NCBI GenBank assembly: GCA_000165425.1
Contig: CT868274.1
Location: 1-64,000, forward strand
DNA from: Paramecium tetraurelia
Lineage: Eukaryota
Reading direction: 5' to 3'
DNA length: 64,000 nt
Made by a program: the position numbers and the translations under genes. Within the stretch, counting starts at the first letter, position 1, and each line of letters begins with the position of its first letter. This document shows positions 41,501 through 53,700 of the stretch, one piece after another. Under the pieces are notes generated by a model, which was not told the DNA's origin, made no database searches, and was given only the letters and a program-made list of their open reading frames with translations.

Positions 41501-42155
41501 TAACCAGATCCTAAAGCTAAAAAGGGTAAAAAGAATGTGGAATATATTGAAGTAGAATTGGATTGCGAATTATTATTAAAGCATGTTAAAATAACTGATT
41601 AATTCAATACTGAAAAACATAAATAGTTGTTGTTTGCCACTGAAGATGGATTCTCTATTATTATTGATCCATCGTAAACTCAAGAACTCAAAAATCTTGG
41701 ATTGGCAAGAGAATTCACAAATAGAATTTAAAAATTAAGAAAGAAGCTTGGCTTATAATAAGAGGATAAAATCCTTATCTTCTATTAATTTGAAGCTGAA
41801 TCTGAATTATCAAATGCAGTTCAATCTGGTATTACATGGATCAGAAATTAAATTAAGAAACCAATATTCTCATCTGATTAAAAACATTAATTCTTACATG
41901 TAATTGGCAAAGAGGATACTGATGTAGATAACCATAAATTTAGTATTGTGATCACTAAAAATTCTCCTGTCTTTAATAAATAAAAATTGTTGGTATGAAT
42001 TTATTTTAATTTCTTAGGAATCTTTTAATGAAAAGGAGGTTGATACCATCATAAGAACATTAGTAGTCTTACCAAATTTACAATAAAACATAGAATTTAC
42101 ATTGGACGGGAAAAAAGTTACCCTGGGCCCTGAACATTATACAATATCATAATGA
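38568..42155 (+). CDS. IARS1: Isoleucyl-tRNA synthetase, cytosolic type
   Basis: [16 protein letters not shown] (HIGH), [34 protein letters not shown]; introns 38596-38620, 38803-38825, 38961-38986, 41993-42017; TGA 42153-42155. Confidence 0.97.
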
Positions 42156-42724
42156 GTATGATAAATCTAAAATTTATTAATATTCGAATTAAGAATTAAT
42201 ATAATTTGTTAATAGAATTAAAATAACTATCTCTGTGTGGATAAATCTTATGGGCCGACTCTGAAGTATTTTTTATTTTATCTGAGTTCTTTCCTTGATA
42301 AATAAGGAAAATCTACTATAACCCATTTATTCTAACCTTATGCTGTTATGCTCACATTACTGATAAATAGGAACAATAAAATTTTGTTATTAATTTAATA
42401 GAAAAAGCTCCTAGAATGGCAGATGTTGACACAATGCAGCTTATTTTTGTGGACTTGAAAATAGCGAAACTTGAATAATCCCCATCAAAAATCTATAAAA
42501 GTAAGTTTGGCTTTATAATCAATTTATGATTCTGTATTAGCCTAGCAAATAAGAATTCAATGAATTAGAAAAAAAGTATTTTAGGATTATTTCTATAAAG
42601 TTAAAAAATGTAAACATAAAATACTTTTGATTTGAAGTAATCAATTATTATTGAATAAAATATATTGTTGTTAAAATTTAATAATTAATAAAATTTTATT
42701 TGTTTTAACTCTTACAACAAATAA

Positions 42725-44954
42725 ATGTCTCAAAATAAAGATGATAAGCATCATTATATGAAAGAAACTAAAAGTCACTCATATAGAGTAGAGGCAATTC
42801 AAAGAGATCTCAAAAACAAATCCAATTCTACTATAAATTACTCAAAAAATACATAGAAAGCCATTTCGTAGAAAAAGATAAATATCAAGGAAATTTCACT
42901 ATAATAAAAAGGATACTACAACAAATAATCATAGAAATCATAACCATAAAAATAAGAAAGGCAAAATCATCACAAACAACAATAGTAAAGAGACTAGCAA
43001 AATCATTTAAAAGTTACTCCAAAGAATTATTTTTCCAAAGATACAAAAATTAACCAAAATAATTAATAGGAAAAGTATAAATCCCAAAATCAGAGAGTCT
43101 AAAACCTTAATAAGAATCGATACAATTTATCTAATAAGACTTAAATAAAGTAAATAGATTAAGGAAAATAATGGCTACAAAAATCACTACCTTTAAAGCT
43201 AGAATATAAAAACCTAAAATATCAAAAGAATAAGTCATAAATTTGTGGTAAAAATTCTTAAGCTAAAAAAACTACTAACTTTTTGTTAATTAAAAAAAAG
43301 AAATAGACTCAAGAATAATCTTTGATGACACCTGTAAAATAAAAATAACACATTTAAAGGGACAGTTATGCCAAATAATAAACTAATAAATAACCTAATA
43401 ATATCAATAATTAAAATGAAAAATCTACATAAAAGAAATAAAAGTAAGTCTACATATAAAAATATATTTAGGAGAATCGACCAATTCATTAGAACAAAGA
43501 AGAGTAAAATGAAATGTTAATAATAGAATAGTCAAATTAATAATCCTCAAATGCAAAATTATAGAATAAACAATTAAAAGCAGAATAAGGAAATTAATAG
43601 CTAAATAAAATAGGACTGTTAAATAAATCACCATTAAATGCATAAAAAAATAAATCACCAATAAATGCATAATCGAATAAATCACCATTAAATGCATAAT
43701 CTAATAAATCACCATTAAATTCATAATCAAATAAATCACCATTAAATGCTTAATCGAATAAATAACCAATGAATTCATAATCGAATAAATCACCATTAGA
43801 TGCATAAAAAAATAAATCACCATTAAATGCATAATCTAAGAAATCACCATTAAACTCATAATCTCCATTCAATGCATAATCTAATAAACAACCAATAAAT
43901 GCATATACAAATACATAACCAAAGAATAAAGATGAAGCAGATTAACAAAAAATAAAAGTAGAATAACGAAATTTATAACCAATAACAAATGAATAATCAA
44001 CTTAATAACCCATATAAGCAGAGTAATAAGATGATTAATTTCTAGATATAGAGTAGATAAATAAATAAGCATTAAATACCGAGAAGCAAAATATGCAATC
44101 ACTAAATGTAGAATTGAATAAATCATTATAAGCAATTAAAATTGTTTTCGATTAGAAAAGACTAGAAAAAAGTGTGGAAATATGTAAATTATTAATTTAA
44201 ATGTCATCTGGGCAAAGGACTGTAGAACAAAATTACAGCTACTATCTCTAATAATATGAAGATATATAAGGATTATTTTCTCATTATTCTATAAAACATT
44301 TGGAGGTTAAAACCAATCTAAAAAAATATTGTCAGAAAATATTATATGTGCGTGGAGATGGAAATTGTTTTTATACTGCGTTTGGCTATTAATTTTTGCG
44401 TTTGGTATTGATAAGTTATAATGATACTTAATTTAATGAATTTTTAAATTTTGCAATATAAATTAAATTTAAGATTTATTACAAAGACTTTAAGATAGCT
44501 GATGATAAAATAGAATAACTATTAAATGAAGAATTCCTTTATAAACTCTAAGAAATTAGGAATATCGAAAATTAGCAAGATAGAATAGACTTACTGTATA
44601 AAATATATAGAGAATTTGATATTTCAGATGATGGAAATGGTTGTTTTTATTTTTTATCTACTCTATTTTTTAGAAACCTTAGTAATTAACTTTAAGAACA
44701 TAGTGAAATGAAAGCGTATGTTGAAGATAGGGAAAATCTACTCAAATGGGAGACTGAGTGTAATAATAATGAAATTGTCGTTGCAACTCTAGCTCAACAA
44801 TTAAAAATGTATTACATTAAGCTTATTTAGAAATATCAAATTATTATTTTTTAATGAGGGATAATTTGTATTCAGAGAATATGAGTAACATGAAAAAGAC
44901 GAAATGATATTACTAATTTAGCCAGGCCATTACAATATAGGATTAAAAAATTGA
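42725..44954 (+). CDS. Otubain-like OTU deubiquitinase, paralog 2, with a long Q/N/K-rich arm and NKSPLNAQS repeats
   Basis: YVRGDGNCFYTAFGYQ (Cys 44366-44368), WETECNNNE, LLIQPGHYNIGLKN*; intron 44809-44830. Confidence 0.88.
43622..43905 (+). repeat. 27-bp coding tandem repeat (about 10 units) encoding NKSPLNAQS
   Basis: aataaatcaccattaaatgcataa(tcg/tct/aaa) repeated head-to-tail. Confidence 0.92.
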
Positions 44955-45451
44955 TAAATACTTATAAAATTAATTCAATAAATTCAAATTGCACTAATTT
45001 CTTCTAAAATAATACACATTCAATATAAATTTTATAAAGTAAGATATTCTTTTCTCTTTCTTCAAACTCTTAAATACTAATTTTATGATAGGAATTATCA
45101 CACCGCCATTTTGATGATTGATTGAATAAGTAATAAGAATTTTGATTACGAATGATTAAAACTAATTCTTTAACCAATATGAACTCAAACCTGTAATCGA
45201 TTTGCTCCTACTACTAGTATTTACTTTTGATAATTCTATTGCTTATAAAAATGATGTGAGATTATTTCAATATTTTGGGGCTCATTCTTTAATCAAAATG
45301 AAATTTCTACATTATATTACTATTTTTTTTAGTCATTGCCCATTAAATCCAGATATTAAGTCTGATAAATTCTTTCTCTTATGCGATTTGATCAAAGAAA
45401 TTAAGATCTCAGATATTGAGCAAATAATCATTAATTATAATATTTTATTTA

Positions 45452-46875
45452 ATGGCTTAAATTACCAAAGAGGCTGAGAAAACTTATTATGAATAAGACG
45501 AAGAAGAAACTCAATAAAAAGAGATAGCAGATGAACCTGAATATGCTTTTGAAGACAGAAGATCAAAGAGAGAATATCGACAGACTAGAATCAAAGATAA
45601 AGAAGACAGAGCTACAGTAGAATAATGTTTGGATCCAAGAACAAGAGTTATTTTGATGAAAATGATTAATAATAAGTTCTTAAAGGAAATAAATGGATGT
45701 ATATCAACTGGTAAAGAGGCTAATGTTTATCATGGATGGGATTTTAATAATCTGGAATATGCCATTAAGGTTTATAAGACTTCAATTCTGGTATTTAAAG
45801 ATAGAGATAAATACGTATCTGGTGAATTTCGTTTTAGAAATGGTCATTGCAAATCAAACCCAAGAAAAATGGTTCGATTATGGGCAGAAAAAGAGTTGAG
45901 AAATTATAAGAGAATATTTCAGTCGGCAATCCCATGTCCAGAGCCTATTTTGGTTAAAAGCAATATTATAGTAATGAGATTTATTGGTGATGATATGACT
46001 CCAGCTCCAAGATTGAAGGATGCAACAGACGTTCTTTATGAAGATGCTTACCTTCAGGTTGTAAAGTGCATGAGGATACTATACCAAGATTGTAAACTAA
46101 TCCATGGAGATTTGAGCGAATACAATCTATTATATTATAAGAATAAAGTCTATTTTATAGATGTATCCCAAAGTATGGAAAGTGATCATCATAGTGCATC
46201 TGAGTTTTTGAAAAGGGATATATTTAATATCAATCAATATTTCAAGAAGAAGGTATATCTAATATAATATGAGTTTAGGATATCATGACATTTACTCTGA
46301 GATAATTGTACAAATTTATTACTGATTCTCATCTTTAAAATATCAATTAAGAAATCGAGAGAATGTAAGAGGAAAGAGAATAAATCAATGAAGATTTGGA
46401 GGAGGAGTAAGATAAAGTTTTTGTTGGAGCTATATAACCAAAGAATTTGAGTGATTTACCATAAAAAATTATTGAATCCGAATTGAATGCTTTTAAGAAA
46501 GGTGGAGAGAGTATAGGCAAGACAATAGCAGATTTCTAGAATGCAAATCTAGAACTTTAAAAATTGAATGAGGGAAATGAATTGGATTAAAATGAAGATT
46601 CAAATGAAGACAATGAGGAGTCAGATAATGATGATTAAGAGGGTAATTCAGATTCTTCATCTGATGTATCTTTATTGAGTGATGATGACGATCAAGAAGA
46701 GGAATCTGAAAATTAAAATGAGGATGGTGAAAAAAAGAAGAAGGGTGGATTATGTAAATATGATGGACTTTCAAAAAAAGAAAGAAAATAAAAAGTGAAA
46801 GAAGAAAAAAGAGAGAAAAGAAAAACTAAACTTCCTAAAAATATTAAAAAAATACTTACAAAAAAATAAAGATGA
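45452..46875 (+). CDS. RIO1: RIO1 atypical Ser/Thr kinase
   Basis: DRATVEQCLDPRTR, STGKEANVY, AIKVYKTSILVFKDRDKY, LIHGDLSEYN, IDVSQS; acidic then Lys-rich C-terminus; TGA 46873-46875. Confidence 0.96.
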
Positions 46876-46971
46876 TCTTATTAAACAATATTTTATCATT
46901 TCTTTTAGGAATAAAATTTATTTATTTATTTTAAAATTGAACCTAATTTCATTAAAAGTTCATATCAAAAT

Positions 46972-47709
46972 ATGCAAAATATCAATTAAATATCTGCTCG
47001 TCTCTAATTAAACATTTCTAAATAACTTTCAGCAAGAACAGATCAAACTGATAGCCAATTCTTAAATACTTCTAATACTTAAACACTTTTGAAATAGATT
47101 AACTTAATTAAAAAGAGTGATAAAAAGAATAAAGCACTTAAGATCATACCAGATAAGTAATCATTAAAATTTCAACATTTAACTGAACCTAAATAAATTA
47201 ATATTAATTAGCTAATTTAGAAAGAACACACATATGAAGAAGAAAAGAAGAATTCTGCTGTTATTTCCAATGTTGGCAGTTAAACATGGAGAATAGAGAC
47301 ATAGATGAGATAAAGCTTAAACTTTTAGGATTTACACAAGTTGGATGAATCAATTGCAATAGACATTCTAAATAGGTAAATTGGAAAGACTGAAACTAAT
47401 TTTTATGAATATATACCAAAAACTTCAAGGAAAACAAAAAGTCAATCAGTTAAATAGAAAAATTTAATTAATTTATCTGGAACTCCATCTAAGTTTAAAA
47501 AAACTAATAAATTAAATAACACTGTCAATGCCTTTAAATCAACCAATAAAGATTAAATTTATTATAAATTACCTGTTTCAAACGTAGGAGTTCCTATTAT
47601 TAAAACATAAAGAATCAAGAGCTAGCCTCGTTATCATCACCCTTTCTCAACAATGAACAATTTCAATTATACTAGATTAAATAAATCTTTGTGGGTCTCT
47701 GATTTTTGA
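46972..47709 (+). CDS. Hypothetical protein (~245 aa)
   Basis: Open table-6 frame MQNINQISARL...SLWVSDF*. Confidence 0.65.
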
Positions 47710-47880
47710 ATTTACTTTGAACATATCTATTTTTAGCAATTGAATATATTTCTATATAAACTATTACTATTGAATTCATAAATATTGGATAGCACAATAA
47801 AATCTTAATTTCAAATGCATTATTTATATAAAATAATTTTGGTAATAAGAAAATTACAAATGTATATATTATTTATTTTT

Positions 47881-49537
47881 TCAAATATTATCTTCATTCT
47901 CTATATTCGGTACTCCAAGATTATAATGTCCTGGTTTTAGCAATAAAATAATTTTTCTTTTAGCTTCTTTATTATATTCCATCATTTTAAATTACTCTTT
48001 ATCAAAGTAGAATACAACAATATTACTAATTTAATTATAGTTGAATACATCTACAATTATTAAGCCAATATCAAAATTACGATTTCGTTGGAATTGCATT
48101 CTGATTCCCAAGGTAAAAGGGTATCTTTATCCGTGAAATTATCTTTATATTCGCTTTATTAGATAAAATGTAAGCTTAAATTTCTAAAAAAGATAGTTGA
48201 TAAAGCATAAAAATATCCATCAGCTTATTGATCTTCTTACTTTTCATAAGCACTAAATTGTTTAAATAATTCATCTTATCTCATTTCTGTATTTTCTAAG
48301 TTTCTAATACAATTTAATCTTTTAATGAATTCTTCTCTAAATTATGTTTCTATTTTTTCATCATCTATTTTAGTGCTTTGATAATAAATTCTAAATCTCA
48401 TTTTCTTTATGACAGAATTCAAAAACTCATCGTATTAATTCTAATCATAGTGAACAATTAATAATGATAAGTATCCAAATCCGAAAGATGAATAAAAACA
48501 ATTACCATCTCCTCTTACTTATCGAAATCCTTTCATATATTAACAGATTGTCTTTTTGTACTCTAATTTCAGATTATAATACTTTGCTAAATCACTCTAA
48601 CTTTACATTTAATGTATGAAAGGCTAATACTATCCTGGAACATGTCTTCTTCTTGTAGTTTAAGAATAAATATCCTCTATAGTATTTTTTATTATCTCTC
48701 CATTCTATTCATTAGAACTTGATTGACGTTAAGTTATATTTGACTAATTGGTTACATTATTATCATTACTAGGGCATTATTTTTATTAATAATTCTCTTT
48801 TATTTATTTTAATAGATTTTAGATATCCATTTCAACTTTCTCTTTCCAACTATTATTTTATTCATCTTTCAACTTAATTTACAAAATTGATTCTTTCAAT
48901 TCTCTATTCTATTCCTCTTTTATAGATTTCAATAGATTTTAGATATCGATTTCAATTTTATCTTTCCAAATATTATTTTATTCCTCTTTCTACTTAAGTT
49001 CTTTAAGGTTGGATTCTTAAATCACTTTTAGTTGATTATTAACACGTTATTCAATTTCGGTTATCAATGAATTGTATTATTATTATTATTTCTAAATAGG
49101 GTTCTATTATTGAGATTCTTCTATTTGATCATTGGATTGAATATCTAATTTTGATTCATTTTTTGTTAGCTATTTATTAAATTTTTCCTCTATTTCATTA
49201 AGTCTTTATTAGATAAAATTGTACTTAATTTCAAAACCAATAATTTTGTCAAAGAATTATTTTAATCTCCTAAAAATTTCTTTTCTATCTCTATTTTCCA
49301 ACTCGAAATTGTTTCTCTCTTTACTCTTTGTTACTTCGTCTGAATGATGTTACATATCTAATAAAAATAAAATTAATAAATTTAGAATTAATATTATATG
49401 AATAAGTGGCAGTCATCATTGAATCCATTGAGTAATTTAGAACTATTATATGATTTTAGAATATGAACTTATTTGACAATATTTTCAAATAATTTATAAA
49501 CTTGATTGAAAAATATCTACTATTGCTAAGCTTCCAT
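47881..49537 (-). CDS. Otubain-like OTU deubiquitinase, paralog 3, with a coiled-coil arm (start codon and first exon uncertain)
   Basis: QVRGDGNCFYSSFGFG (Cys 48498-48500), WESECNSNE, LLLKPGHYNLG..ENEDNI*; intron 48026-48048. Confidence 0.85.
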
Positions 49538-49796
49538 TGTTTATCAATTTATTTATATTCATTTATAACCATCAACTTATATTTAAGAATGAGTTAATAA
49601 ATTGTTAGTTTTGTTCATCAATAACCAATTGAATTTTCTATTTGTTTTTTTGAATAGATATATTATTATTTCCGCATTCATATAAGTACCTAATACCTAT
49701 AATTTTGAATATCAATTCACGAAAAATTAATATTAGAAATAGATATATTATTCATAATAATTATAAAGAGAATAGATAAGAACAATCATTAAGTTA

Positions 49797-51337
49797 TCAA
49801 GCTATGTTAAAAACTGCTTCCATTATAGCTAAATAGAACCCTTCGATTCCATCTAGATTGCCTAAGTACTTATACATGATTTCAAAGTGTGTGTAAGGAT
49901 TTTACAGTGAAGACTTACAAAGCACATAGTGAAAAATTGGTATCATTTCGTCTGTGCTTATGATTGAAGGCTGTTTAGTATACTAATTGTAATAGTCGAT
50001 GATGGCAGAGTAGATACTTCTGAAACAAGCGACCAATTATTTAACTTTATGATGAGGAGTTTATCGAAATTAAATTAATTTTAGAGCTTCAATGGCATTT
50101 TGAAATGGGGATTATAAGAAAAATGTTCCTTATAAAAGTTTCGCTTAAGGTCTAGAAGGTAATTGAATAGTATCAACATCTTCAATAATGAGTGTCTCAA
50201 AAGTATCTTTCTTCATAATCTATTAGCTTTAACTCCCTGTATTTGCTTTTGAAGATAGTTTACTCTGTATATACTCTCTAGTTGTGCAATCCAGACAATA
50301 TTTAATTGAAATTCCAAAATCAGCTAATGTTTTATCCTTTAAAAATTGCAATTTCTTATGTATTTTCTCATTTTCATCTATTTATTCTAGCTTTTTGATT
50401 TAGTAAACATGTGAGGCCACTTGATCATTGAATATCATGTTGGATACTAAACATTAAAGAGAGGAGGTGTTCAAGAAATGACATTTGTTTAGTGACGCAA
50501 ATAAATTCAAATCATAGTAATGAATTAAGATCTAAAATTTATATATACAGAATTAAATACCTAAACAAATGAATCTCGAAACATAACAATAAATTTATCC
50601 AATTCCTGACTGCAGTTAGGCAGTTAAGTTTGTCTGAAAGTTTAAAATATTTCCAACAAACAACCATTCAAAGTTGACAGCTATTAAAGCACTTACCTTT
50701 CAAACTCTTGCAAAGAGGGATCATTCTCCTATATCAGAGTCGTTACATAGAATTCTTTAAAAGGATCCAGAGTTTTCTTGGATCTCTTAATATTTTCAAA
50801 CTCTGTTGCAAATAAGGATTCTGTTGTGCTCAAAGTAGCAATTTCCTCGTGTTATGGTTTAACAATTGAATATAATTGCATAAAATTTTGTTTATGAAGA
50901 TGATCTGATCTAACATTAATATTAAATCCTAATTTTTAAACTTCCTTTTCTACTCCAACATGCCATTACATCTATGGATAATTAAAGAATAGTACCATTT
51001 GCATTTTGTAAATGTCCTATATGTTCTCCGATTAAAATGAATTGTGGTTCCCCATTAATAAATATATAATTTTTAATACAATAACTAAACATCTTTCTGC
51101 CTTATTGATAATAATGCTTATCTCAATATATTTATCATAACTAGATGAAGTACATAGCCTTATTAACTAGTTTTGATCCTATTCTCCCAATCTAAGATCA
51201 TAAAAAAATGAAATTGGATGTAATTCTATAATGAGTAAAATACTATTTCTAAGAACATTAAAACGGAGATAGAATCCAAAATTGGATAATTTCGTATACT
51301 AACAATCAAAAGGATACATTTTAAAAATCAATTTCAT
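49797..51337 (-). CDS. VPS9-domain protein (Rab5-family GEF-like)
   Basis: C-terminus RTPHHKVK..ISTDEMIPIFHYVLCKSSLQNPYTHFEIMYKYLGNLDGIEGFYLAIMEAVFNIA* matches the VPS9 pattern. Confidence 0.82.
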
Positions 51338-51983
51338 TAATATATCTTTTATATATTTTAATGTATTTATTGAATGATTAATTATTAAGTGATTTATATT
51401 GATAAACTAATATGATAAATGCAAATTTTCAAATTCCAATAAATTCTTGGTAACTAATAAAATTAGTTATCAAGAATCATGTCCCTTTTAATTACTGTTT
51501 CATGTTATTGAATTAATTTATCACTTGATTTTACTAAGTGTCAGATAAATCAAACAGTATTTTTTAGTTAATTTACCAATAATTAGTGACTTCAATCTAA
51601 TTTATGAGATATAAACTTAACATAGAGATCCTCCTTGATGATGTCTCTCTCTACAGTTTCATTTAGTGTAATATACTCTTTCATTATAAACTTTATGATA
51701 ATATTCAATTTTATAATTTGCAAATCGTGATACTCATTACTTTCTTAGTATTATTGCTTCATAAAAGAATGGTAATATTCAGAGAATTAATCTTATTGAT
51801 ATTATAGAGAAGGAATGATAGTTTTTTTAATTTATAGTGGATTATTAATTTTTCTTTATTATTACCCATACAAATGCATTAATACTGGAACAAGTTATTT
51901 TATAAATATTGTATACAAACTAGTTTGTTAAAAATCTAATTATTATATATAGAATATTAATGTTCAATAACATTAAGCGGAAT

Positions 51984-52923
51984 ATGAGAATATTAAATAA
52001 GGATATGGTGGAGACTTCGTGGCTCAAATGTTTGATCGATGATACTCCAAAGCAGAAGCATATACTAGTACCAACAGCATTTATAATAGACTCTCTCAAA
52101 ATGTCTTAGTGGAGAATTTAGTAATGTAAACGCTCAAGAGGCTCTTAAGAAAATCATCTTAAGAATGCAGCATCCTCAAAAAAACATAACTGCTCTTAAG
52201 TCCTACTACCTAGTTCACTTACTAAGGCCTTATTTGGCTCCCTATGTAACTGATAAAACAATTGAATTATCTTAAAAGAGTACAGCTGATGCTGTGCTTT
52301 AAAGTGTAGCATTTCTCTATTGTAGTTACCTTAGAAGTTTCTCAAACAATTATGAATAGATCAATATACTTTATAAAATGCACAGATCGCTTGAAGTTCT
52401 CATTCTTAAGTTGGATGTGCCCATAATTAAATGCATTGCAATTAAATTAATCGTAGACGTGATACTCCTATACGAATCTCTCAATAAACAAGATGATTAA
52501 GTTAAAAGGATTAGAGCAATTAAATAAGTTAAAAGATTTTTAGAGATTAAAAAAATTATCTAACTTCCTGAAGAATTACTGTAAAAAATAAATACTCTCA
52601 ATTTTTATGAAATCGAATAGAAAATTACATTTCAAATGCAACCCATTGTTAATAACTATGTTGAAAATAAGCCTCTTGCTCCATAAAAAGAATTATTAAA
52701 ACTAGATGTGCAATGCCTTAATCAAAGAAAACTCAGTACGTCTGCAAATGACTGGGAAGATCATTCAGATTCTAAATATCAATAAATACAAATTCACAAA
52801 AGCCTCTAACCAAGTCCGAATCGCAGAAAAATGACCTCATTAACTCCCAATAGAGCAGTTTCAATACGAGACAATTTCTTTGTCCCAACACAAGGACCTC
52901 TTTCCTTTATTATGATGTCATGA
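51984..52923 (+). CDS. ANTH/ENTH-like domain protein
   Basis: LKCLIDDTPKQKHIL...ITALKSYYLVHLLR resembles ANTH motifs PKxKH and AlKxLxxxHxLlr; one short intron; TGA 52921-52923. Confidence 0.6.
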
Positions 52924-53700
52924 TTTTTATTTAAACTTATGATTTTATCTAAGTTTTTTCAATTTGCATACTCTTTTTTATTTACATTATTAAATAAACC
53001 ATTTAATTTGAAGGATTATTCAATCTGTTTGTAATCCAATGAATAAATTTATTTTATTGATTCTCTTGGATTGGGCTAATTACTAATAAGAAATCTATAA
53101 TGATCATATACAAATTTAATCCACCTGAGTAAGAGAAGAGGAGTAGAAGATAATTCACAATAATCCTTTTGATGTAATTAATAAACAGACATTTTATATG
53201 TTTTTAAGTTCTAACTATACTTTATGATATTAAGAATTAGAAATAATTGAATATTTAATTATTTAATATTTCAAAAATAATTTCCAATCCATTAAACTTT
53301 GTATCTCATGCAAACAACAAAAACTCCTAATATTATACAAAAGATTCTACAATTAGTAACGTAATGATGAGTAGTCTTTTAATTTGAGATGCCGAAACTC
53401 AAATTACTATTTTTTTAAAACTCAACTATATTGCCATTTGAATAGACTAAAATTTGACTATTTAATTTGAAATGAGTAAATTACATTTTCTTTCAGACTT
53501 CACACTTGCTCTGAAATCATATTGAATTAGAATCACTATACAAAATGCTGAATAACCCTAATAAATATTTTCAAAACAGAAAAATCAAGGATATATTTTA
53601 ATGAACAATATTTAGAATAATAAAAGAACCTAATTAGAGAAATATTAAATAAAGTGCTTCTTCCAGAATCATATTGATTTTATTGTTTGTTTAATGATAA

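Noticed and set aside
42250..42620. Short coding-like stretch between IleRS and OTU paralog 2
   Set aside because: No consistent ATG-to-TGA model or motif could be supported
43286..44135. Minus-strand hydrophobic ORFs and CRISPR-like appearance of the 27-bp repeats
   Set aside because: Repeats are head-to-tail with no unique spacers, no cas genes, eukaryotic context; the ORFs are shadows of the plus-strand gene
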